A stretch of 64,000 nucleotides of DNA from Lingula anatina. Taxonomy: Eukaryota > Animalia > Brachiopoda. The DNA lies in contig CM120640.1 in the NCBI GenBank assembly GCA_051362555.1, forward strand, positions 43,006,788 through 43,070,787, written 5' to 3'. The notes under the pieces were generated by a model. It was given only the letters and a program-made list of their open reading frames with translations, ran no database searches and was not told the origin of the DNA. A program made the position numbers and the translations under genes. Positions 54,101-64,000 of this stretch are shown here, in pieces (within the stretch, counting starts at the first letter, position 1; each line of letters opens with the position of its first letter).

Positions 54101-57100
54101 ATGTGAAAAGATTTGGTTCATTGACTTTTTTATAGGCATTGAATACAGGAATAACATTGATGTCACCATGCATACTGTTGCAGAATCAATAGCAGTGTCA
54201 GTGTAATAAGATCATCACCATTTGAATGTCCTTCTCGCTTTGGTCATATAGGCTAGAAGTGAATTTCTTGTTAGATTCCCCCAAAAGTCATATCTGCATA
54301 AACCAGTTTTATAATGGATTTAACAGTTGGACACCCTAGCTACTGTCAGCACTTGTGTGAGCTATATAATTAGCCACTTTAGAATGCAAAGATCTAGATA
54401 GACAGGTAAAATGAAAGAAATTGCCAGAATGTTCTAGATATTACCGAAAGAAAAATGGCAAATTGTTTTTAAAAATATGCCCTGATGGAATACTCTCTGG
54501 GATTATCAGTACCTCTTCTAGTGCATTTTATGTTTGGGTGCCCCAGAATTTGGCAGCGATCTGGCCTTGCCTGTAGATATACAGGTATCCCACATTAGTA
54601 TAGCTGGTTGGTTAATAAACATATCAGCTGATAAGTCCTTATGAGGATGTGAGGATTGTAGTGGTACTGGGCAGTGGCAGAAGTGGCAGATAGGTCAAGC
54701 AGATACAGTGGTGGAATGGCCAGACAGATAAAAGGAAAACTCCTTGACTAATGGATATATATATATGTTGCTAGGGATGAGATTCTAACAAACTTTGAAA
54801 GATTTTTTGCATTTAGAAATTTTCAGCTAACACATTTTAGTTATCATCACTTCATTTCTAAGTCAGCTCATACAATTGTGCAGTCATGTTAACATGAAAA
54901 GTGCCACATTTCACCATTAAAATCAGAGGCATCATTAGTGCTGGAAATTTGTTTAACAATAATAGGAATAAGGAAATATTACCATGCAGTTACCATAGGA
55001 CAAGTTGTGTTACTGAAACATTTTAGTTATAGAGACAGAATTGCAAAACAGGAATCCATTTGCAAATGTGAGCCTCACACTGCTGTTATCCATGGAGAAA
55101 TGTGCTGTCTGGCTTATTCTTGGTAATGGCTCCTTGGAGGCTAGAAATAGTTCCTGTCATATTGAAGCTTGTAATACAATGGACATGCAGTAGATTTATC
55201 AATCTCAAATGGGTTTTGTAGATAAATGATTGTTGGTTTAGTAAGATCCAAACTGACTTGGTTTGATTTCCTAGCCACAGTAAGGACAGATGCTGATATG
55301 TGTTAGATTGAGGGGAATGAGAATTTCACATCACGTCATGTGCCCATGGTCACGAATACTGCTCAGCCATCATCATTTGTCAAAAATCTTGTGTACTTTA
55401 GATGATCTTATTGCTTTTTTTTTCTTTATAGACCTTGGATTCTTTCTGGTCCAAATCCACTCTCTTGTCTCCTCTCTATCACTGTCCCATTTTTTTGTCT
55501 CTTAATAATTTTCCCCTTCCAAACAGTCAACTGTCACTGTAACATGTATTGATGGTAGTCATGTTCATTAACTCCCTCTGCTTTACTTCCTGATACATGA
55601 TGCAATTCATTGACAGCATGTTAAGCCAATCCAGAATTTGTGTAGGAAATTGCGTTTTGAGATTTAAGTGTGTGAAGGAAGATTTAAAGTACGGTCTTGC
55701 AGTTGAAAAAAAAAATAGGTCATTTGTGCATATATGTATTATGTGTTAAATCTATTTGAATGCTCAAAAATGTGTTTTTTTAAAGTAGAAAGATATTATT
55801 TACCCAAGCTATTGACTAGCATGCGCCACGAAAGAAAAGTGTGTATTTAGATTAAAGATACGCAAGTCTTCTTAAAAACAGTATTTGTTAGTCCATCACC
55901 CTCAGCTTAAAACTGTTATTATAGGCACATGTATTACGTAGAAAATGGACTATCCAGAGAGATAAACTGGGGTAGTAATGGGTTACCTCTCCACAGAGAG
56001 TAAATATTTCTGATGATAAGTAAGCAATACCTGCTGACTTCCACTAATGTCCAGGTAGTGGAAAGTAGAGGCAGTCCATACTATCAGATCTTGATCAGAT
56101 GGAAGCTATGAAGTGGGGCAGTATAGCACACTTTGGCTTTTAAAACATTCATACTTGCTGGCATTTAGAGCATTTCATTATTCCAGTGTTTATGTCCATA
56201 TATACATGCATGCACAAAGACACTCAAAAACACAAATATACAGACACAACACTTTCAGCCTTATGTAGGATAAGTAGCCGTGGACCTTTTCAGGGCTTAT
56301 ATGCATGTGTTTAGGATCTAAAATATCCAAACATGCACAGGCTACATAACACAAAAATTCATGTGCAGCATCAAGTCTGTACCTTTTTACAGAAGAAAAT
56401 ATATTTATTTTTCTTACTGGTGGTGTTTAGTTCTGGTATTGCATTTCATATACATGTATGGGGATCATTTGCCTTTTTATGTGGTTTCTAGACTGATCTT
56501 GAACAGGCAGGTATGCTTGCAGTCACAGTAAGGAAAATCATTTTGTGATAAACTAATTCTAGGATCCCTTCACCTCTTGGAATGTCATGCTGTGTGAACA
56601 GTTGCGACATGGCTTCAACATATTTCTATTTACATGCATCAGGGAATTCATTATTTTAAGCTTCCCAAGGTAGCCCCTTGCTTGCTGCTTGCATTTATTG
56701 ATTTAATTGAATAAAAGCATTCTCGGAAAGGGAGAATCCTATAGAGTGTTAGACATATAGTGTAAATGTAGTTCTGTTTTGTGGGCAATCTGGAACAAGA
56801 GATATTTAAAAGATCCTGGAACTATTATTTTAAATACAGTATACCAGTCATAACCAAAAATTTACATATCAAGTGATCTTTAATGTATTGGTTCTCTTAA
56901 TGGATAAAAATATGTAATTCAATTTGGACAGACATCACTGAAAAATTTAATTAGACAAAAGAACATAAATTGAAATAAAATCAAATAGATTTAATTGATG
57001 AAAAGAAATATATAGAAAATATAACTGGTCAAGAAAAGCTGAAATTCCATACACCATTTTGCCTTGGAGTTAAAATTAAACCAGTTTCTGGGGCACCTTC

Positions 57101-57283
57101 TTTTTGGTGTTATTTTGAATATTTCTTTATTAATTGTTTTAGGACCCTTCTAAAAAGAAGAAGAATAGGAAGAAATCCAAGTATCAGACTGATGATTTTG
57201 ATAATTTGGTAAACAAATACAGACAGAAACTGATGCCATCACACAAGAACACTGCTGCAAGGAGTGGGAAATGGTTTGCATAG
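40852..57283 (+). CDS. RBM28: RNA-binding motif protein 28 (Nop4 orthologue; 4 RRMs, acidic linker, basic tail)
   Basis: 19 GT-AG exons: 40852-40981, 41782-41830, 42559-42674, 43056-43177, 43438-43513, 43866-43958, 44716-44793, 45133-45207, 47482-47688, 47872-47929, 48129-48238, 48595-48668, 48983-49121, 49328-49392, 49663-49818, 50088-50237, 50820-50894, 51243-51545, 57143-57283. Motifs: [99 protein letters not shown]...KWF. Confidence 0.95.
44328..44448. mobile_element. TA-flanked MITE in RBM28 intron 6
   Basis: TIR CCCTCTACCAGGACCACAGATT / AATCTGTGGACCTGGTACAGGG (2 mismatches). Confidence 0.75.
46157..46840. repeat. 146-bp tandem repeat (~4.5 units) inside a larger insertion (~45250-46950) in RBM28 intron 8
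   Basis: Unit TCTCCAAAACTGGCAGAGATAGGTCC...TGACCTTTGACC... starts at 46157, 46303, 46449 and 46595, followed by a degenerate unit. Confidence 0.9.
51047..51109. repeat. (TA)n microsatellite
   Basis: Seen directly. Confidence 0.95.
51935..51952 (+). other. candidate 18-nt RBM28 microexon (KLRVQY)
   Basis: ~30-nt polypyrimidine tract + CAG acceptor; GTGAGT donor; phase 0/0, matching the flanking exons. Confidence 0.5.
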
Positions 57284-59322
57284 GAACTAGGAAACAAGTG
57301 GTGCAATGTAACTTCTACCATGATACATTGTCAAACCAACCACAATATATTGTTACACCTACCACAATATTTTGTCACTCCAGCCACACTCACTCCTTAC
57401 TCCTAATATCTATCATCACAAAATGGTGCCATCATAGTATCTTAAAAATACATGTATAGACATTTCCTTTCTTAGGTGTAGTCACACAGCAAAATGTGAT
57501 ATCAGCCACCCATACCATACACATAAACACAGCTATCACACTGACCAATCTACCACACTTTCATTTGTACAACAAGTGTGCTGTGGTCACATCCAGCCGC
57601 AGTGTAGATGTGAGAATGTACATGTAGCATTAGTCTGTATTGCTGGGCATTTCATCATTGTTATGACCTTCATTGTGAACTTCCAAATCCACAAGGTCTA
57701 GGATGGGATTCAACAGCATGACCTTTTTACCAGCACTGCTGCTCAAGATTAAGAGAGATGCATCTCAGTGCTGGCTGTCAGGATATTCAAACATTACTAT
57801 CTTCCACAGTGAATGTGATATCTTAATTGAAACACGGTGATGTTTCAGAGTTGTTGAAGAAAAAGATGGGTCAATTAGATGTAAATGAAGGCAGTGTCCA
57901 TGAGGAGTTTTGTAAAAAAGGACTGTATGTAATTTGTGACTATGTGAAAGCACTAAGCGAAATGATATTTTATGTTGCATGTCATTTGAGAATTTTCTGC
58001 AGAGGTCCAGAAAAAATGTATTCTTTAAACAGCAAAATAGCTTATATTTCTGTCCAAACTATTTTATTAAAAGTATTGAACTGATTGATTTATGAACATT
58101 TCTTTGTTTCTCTGTAAAAAAAATTTAAATAATGAATTGGGATTAAATTATGATGATAATTTATGGTGTAAATGACAGCTTTTTGCTGTGAAAATTCTTG
58201 AAGTTAAAAAAGTAGATGCATGTATTTATTTATTTTTCTCAGTCTAGAAATAAAAAAATATTTCACGAAATTAGTACGTTTGCTGTGTAATTACAGCACA
58301 ATACTATAAGTAGTTAACGGATTGCTGATTTTATTTCCGTGGGTTCTTCTAGAAAATGCCTATGCTCTCTAATTAGTGTAAATAGTTGCAGTAGTATAGA
58401 AAAATGTGGAATCATCAACCAAATGGTTTTATAGAAATCAACTTTTGTCAGTGATATTTATTTGCTCAGTTCTGTTACGTTTTTTATGGAAATGTAAAAA
58501 ATGGGTAACTTAAGAGGGATAGGAACGGCGAAGCCACGTATCATTACGCTGAATAATTGACACTACACGTGCGTCATTGATAATTATAGTCCTCTATTTC
58601 TGGTATTCTGTTGTATGAGATACTTTAAGTTAAAATCTTAAGCTATATTGTAACATTCAAACATGGTATAATTATACCTTTTTTTATTTATTTTTAAAAA
58701 CTATTTGAATTAAACATCCAAATATGCAGCCATGTTTTGGGCAAGATTTCCACTGCTTCCTCGCTGTGAATTGATTCTAATTGATATTTATTACTAACAA
58801 AAACATAGTCTTATAAATAATTCAACGGCATTTTATGGTCTATCTTAAAGTGGTATCGTAAGTATACTTGCTTAATATCAATTTTTTTACAATACGTACA
58901 TGCGAAAGCTTAACCGGAGTCCATTGAATGGCAATACCGATTAATATGAAATAATACAAGGGTGCAGTTAACTTCTGAGGAATCGGAAATTCGTGTTGTG
59001 TTTGTTAAAAAAATGTACACTGGCTGGCATTACTCCAGAATATATATACTTTCCTTTACCAAAGTGTCAATTATACCACCAAACGTTTTATAACGCTACC
59101 TCAGGATTGGCATGAACAATAACACTGCTCTTATAACTAAAACGTCATAAAAAGGCAGTAAACATTCTTCAAACCAGGATGCTTAATGTCCACAATCTCA
59201 CATATTCCTAGAAGCTTTCTTGCAAGTAGAAATGTAACAAAGTTTTCCGAACTGATAATGCGATCATGTTTGTAATTGTATGAAAATAAGCAAAATCTGT
59301 TTGTACGTTTGGCCATATTTTT

Positions 59323-59817
59323 TTACGTGTCACATTCTTTTGAATTTTTCCCAGCGGCTTTGGTTCGTAATCGCCTCGTATCTCGTGTCAAGGGCAAACT
59401 GTCTATTTTCGTTGGCGACAGGTCTGGATTAGAATACGACTGCTCTGGTTTGGCGCCAATTGGCGACGCAGGCGCAGCTGGTACTCCGGAAGCGTCGGGA
59501 GATTTTGGAAACGCGCCTTTATCCTGTATGGTTTTAGAAAATGTTGAAAAGGAATTCTTCAGGCTCTCAATTGTTTTCTGAGCAGAATCGTTTTCCTTTT
59601 CTTCTAGTTCATCCTCGTCCACCTCTTTAATTTCATCGAATGTTATAGGTTGTGTGCGGTAACGGGCTGCATTTCGTTCACGTCGCCCTTTTTTACCTTG
59701 CCTTGTCTTGAAGGACCTACTCTGGCCAGGATGGTGAAGGTCGGTATGAAGATGCAGACGAGACAGACGCTCGGGGAAATGAGATTCAAAATTGTACATG
59801 GGGTCCAGCACATCCAT
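59323..59817 (-). CDS. uncharacterised 164-aa, largely disordered protein with an RYRTQPITFDEIKEVDE motif
   Basis: Single-exon ORF, AAAATGG start context, in-frame stop 10 codons upstream, GC-richer than its flanks, protein-like basic/acidic/Pro-Ser blocks. Confidence 0.72.
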   Translation of the reverse strand: MDVLDPMYNFESHFPERLSRLHLHTDLHHPGQSRSFKTRQGKKGRRERNAARYRTQPITFDEIKEVDEDELEEKENDSAQKTIESLKNSFSTFSKTIQDKGAFPKSPDASGVPAAPASPIGAKPEQSYSNPDLSPTKIDSLPLTRDTRRLRTKAAGKNSKECDT

Positions 59818-61730
59818 TTTGAAACGATATTTGTCAACACTTGGTTACTCCTCTCTCTCTCTCTCTCTCTCGCTGATAGCTCTCCGTTCTTTATATTGTC
59901 GACAGATTCCAGCACACTCTCATTACTTGTAAATAGCTGCGTTTCTTCTACGCAGTACTTCTCCGCTATCTATGAACGCCTGCTGTGGGATGCACTAGTA
60001 TAAACTCTTTTCCTCAGACAGGTGTGCCTTCGTTTTATTCAGAGCGTTTTTATCTGTAAACAAATCAAATAAAACTAGTTAGCTCTAGAAATTATGTTTA
60101 AAAAATACATTTCTCTGATACTGGAACGCCGTTTTTCATAAACTTGAAGGAATGTACACACGCTTCAAAACCTGTGTTATTCCTTTTGGACTTCGATGTT
60201 TAAAGGCCAACAGGCGCCCAGCTTACAACACCGGGAAATGTTATGTTGCGTTAGACTTGTCTAACGGTATGGTCTACTTGACATTAGATGGTAAATAGCA
60301 CCATGCCCCTTTGGGTCTCTTTTACGCAACCATTCCGCGTGCTGCCTATAGATTAACACTAAGAAAAGGTTGCAACTCACCCTCGTGATTACAAGGAGAT
60401 TATGTTTCCTTGTTTTTACACAAGATGTTGATACAAATATTCGCCTTGGGATCTCGAACAACGAGTGAAAATGTTATCCCCAGGTCATGTACATTATTGG
60501 ATGTTAAGAGAACAGTTTTGGTCATTCAGTGAAGTTGGAACCAATCTATGTCATTATTTAGGAAAACCAGTAGCCATAACTTAGAAACTTCGAAAGGCCA
60601 ATGGTTCGTACTCGGTAGGGTACCTGGACAATCAGATTCACAGCAGCGAAATGTTTAGGTAAACAAATATATCTCTGAGATAACTGGATACTTCTTTAGA
60701 TATTTTGGTATATATCAGTAATTGGAAAACAGGCCGTCAATACCTAACACATTGGCAAGCATTTCTCTATTTAGGACAGTTGGCCCCATACTGCTCTCAT
60801 TCGCAACATTGTTTAATTTCTAACGTAATATGTTATATTTTGGTATGTCATTAATTAACTTAATAAGTTACAGTTAAACAATGTTGCCAATGGGATCAAT
60901 ATCATCTTGCTTGATGGACTCAATAGATGTGGAGACAAAATTAGCTTATAACTTGCCGTCTTTATAAGCACATTAGAATGTCAATCACCAATTCAGAGGT
61001 ATTTGCTTTGGTGTCTTTTATTTGAAATTATCCAACAATCAAATTCCTATAAGATGTAAACAGTCTGTTTTGCAAAAAGCAACATGTTTTATAGCCATTA
61101 TGTTAACCTTTGTATAAGTCGTCTAAGTCGGCACCGTGTGGCGCCAGCAAAATCTGATCCATATGCAATGCAAAGTACACTTACAGACAGTATATGCGAA
61201 AGGATGTGATTGGAGTCGTAATGAGGTATGGCAGACTTTAAATATTCCAACGGATTGTGCTATCATATGATCCGAATCTGAAATCAGGATAACATGTGTT
61301 GAAATTGATTTGTTTAAGCAATGAACTTAGATCTTGTGGCAATAAAGCCAACAGAGAGATTGCAATTATTCTGTCTCGCTCACGAGATACAGAACCATTT
61401 TTTTTTACCGAAAACTATTGTGTAGGCTCGTGTACGTGGACGATATTGTAAATGATCTCCTTATGCCAATTTTACTGAAACAGTTTACATCTCACATAAT
61501 TTTTTATGAGTCATCGTAGTCGTCTTCATGTGTGCAGTTAACTTCTCTTTTCATGCCTGGGTACACATTTTCAAACCCATTCAAATTATTCCAGAAAATA
61601 ATGTTAATAATTTGGCAGTTCACAAATGCAATGTGTATGAATACGTATAATATAGTCGGTACAGTCAATTTGGCTTTAAACCCATATATATCTCCATATT
61701 GCCAGATGATGTGGTACTGAATGAAATTTA

Positions 61731-61732
<2 letters not shown>

Positions 61733-61782
<50 letters not shown>
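61733..61782. repeat. (TA)n microsatellite
   Basis: Seen directly. Confidence 0.95.
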
Positions 61783-61786
<4 letters not shown>

Positions 61787-62779
61787 AATTTTGGTTGGTT
61801 TCTTCTATTTGATACTAGTCACAACAAAAGACGAGACCCCCAACTCACCCTATAAGTGTTTACCAGGCAAAGCAGATTTGACTAACGAACTATTTCTTAG
61901 CATTCACTAAATGCACACGGGGTCTTTAGTCTATCCGGCTTCGTTCTATAATAATGGATAACTTTTAAGCCTTAATAATAAGCTTTCATAGTAATGGTTG
62001 CCCTCTGCGGGATTCCTATTTCTTTAGATAAAAATGTTACCGGGGCAGTGGTTACACTTGTGACCTTTTCCTTATTCAAATAATTACTCTTTAAAATGTC
62101 ATACACAAAAATAGTCATGGAGAACCTATACCAAACAAAATAAGGTTCTTTTCTGCTGGTTCGTTTCAGGAACAAGCTAAGGTCGTTAGGAGTTTGAATT
62201 TGAAAAAAAAAAAGATTTAACCACGTTCGTTTCTGTGTACGTGGAACGGGACTTTGAAAACGAGCGAATTAGGCAAGTCTTACAGGAGGAATGACTCTTA
62301 TCGCTCAACAAAGTTATGCCATTAGTATGTGTCCACGAGAAACAACTAGAAATATATTTATCTTTGCACAACCAACTGACGCAACAAATTAATGTATGTA
62401 CCCTAAAACCTAACTCAATTAAATTAAAATTGAGGCATTTCTTCTTAATACTATGAACCCTGAGGAATCATTTGTTATACCATCTTTTTTACTTTTTCCC
62501 TGAAGCCATGAAAATCAAACAGAAAGCGTTTTGCCTTACCTTCGAACAGCCCCAATATAATCACATGCAGACTTCTGCCTTTGTTCCAATACAGACGGCT
62601 CTTGGCAGGATAGACAAAGTTTTACCTTCTGGTTTATATGATTCAGGTTATATTGCTCAGCACCTGAGATCAGTATGAGATCAGTGGATATGCCATGTTC
62701 AGTGATGGATTGGCGCACACCTGGCAGGAGAGGCACGCTCTCCAACCAAAATATTAGCTGATCTGAGGTGATCAAGGGT

Positions 62780-63170
62780 AAAATATGCCCTGCCGAAAAA
62801 GTGCCTGATCTGAGGTCTTAAAGAGTAAAACCACCCTCAGCAAAAACCAGCTGCTTTGAGACTACCGACGATATAGGCAAATGTTTTCGGTCTATTAGAA
62901 GTAGATTGTCAAGTCTGATAACAAGAAGCCAATCAAATAGTTAACAGGTTTGAGAATATACAAGATACACCCACCAGTAAGCATCTTCCTAGCCATAGCA
63001 TTATAGATCTGACCCAAAACATTGTGAATATTAGGCTACATTTCCTGATCAATTGCTTTGGAGACACCCTTGCTTTAATATCAAGTTCCCGAATTGCTGA
63101 AAGTCCAGCAGGTATGTTCAAGTCGGTCAACTATAAGTTGACCTGAGGCTGGCAAGGTAAACCTCTTGGT
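62780..63170 (-). mobile_element. possible highly decayed Ty3/gypsy RT remnant
   Basis: Only faint similarity (ELDIKA, cf. LDLKxGY); no intact YxDD motif. Confidence 0.25.
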
Positions 63171-64000
63171 CAATTCCGTTCTAAATAATGGCTGCGCAGA
63201 TTAAGGCCTGTAAAAGTAGGCCTTCTGTTGGCATGACTGTATCTCATGTCAAAATATGAAATGGTCTGAGACTGTCTACATGTACATAATCCCAGAATAT
63301 TGTGCCATTGATAATGTTAGTCTTTATGCATTGGGTTTCACTGTAAGCTTAATTGTTACGATTTCTTTTATTCTGAGTCAGCAACTAATCGGACTGTCGT
63401 GTCTTCTAAGCCTAATGATTAAGATGTCCATTTTCCGCTAACATCATGAAAAAATATGCCATTATTTTCCCATGATATATGAATGCCGGGTTTCGTGTCC
63501 TTTATAGAAATTAATTCGAACAGACCTGTGATTCATAGCGGTAAGACTGATTCCACGCCAAAATAAGAGACGATCTTAGGATGTAGATAACCAATAACCA
63601 TGACTGTCAACGGTTACCAAGAGTTAGAACAGCCGTGTAGACTCTTGTAATAATGTTACTTTGATGCGATTTCATAAAAGCCAAACGAAACCATCTTACA
63701 AATGTTCTCACCTAATTTGATTGGACAATTATTTGTGGGCTGTGGATATTAGCATTTTGAGAGTGTCTCGTGGGTAGATAGTGAAAGTCACTTAAAATGT
63801 CAGTCAATCTTATTTCGCCAACTTTTCAAGAGACAGCCAAAACATTGTAAGATAGAGGAGTGTAACGGCTGATAATTGACGTGGATACATGCCCTCGAAG
63901 GAGTGGCAAAGAATAAGAGAGTGACATATCTCCGCTGCTACATTCCCAGGGGTTGTATAACTTTTTTTAAAATCATGTAAGGCATTTAGTATGTTATTAG

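Noticed and set aside
54590-54655. Hairpin containing ATATCAGCTG, reminiscent of miR-216/283
   Set aside because: The match to the mature miRNA is partial and the stem is too interrupted for a pre-miRNA.
59643-60003. ORFs overlapping the 164-aa gene in other frames or on the other strand
   Set aside because: Shadow frames crossing a (CT)n tract; less protein-like than 59323-59817.

Overview
AT-rich, intron-containing animal DNA, most consistent with an invertebrate such as a lophotrochozoan (inference). Most entries in the ORF track are exon fragments or noise. From left to right: (1) an 11-exon SLC22 organic-cation-transporter-like gene (+, 1798-12826); (2) a ~26 kb tandem array (-, ~13750-39600) of secreted signal peptide + PAN/Apple + fibrinogen-related-domain (FReD) genes, with two intact 5-exon copies and five pseudogenes or remnants, whose variation concentrates in the ligand-binding C-terminal part of the FReD; the array also holds Tc1/mariner elements, MITEs and a Penelope fragment; (3) a 19-exon RBM28/NOP4 nucleolar RRM gene (+, 40852-57283) with a CpG-depleted body and candidate cassette/micro-exons in its last 5.6 kb intron; (4) a convergent single-exon 164-aa ORF with an RYRTQPITFDEI motif (-, 59323-59817). 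All coordinates were read by eye and no database search was run.
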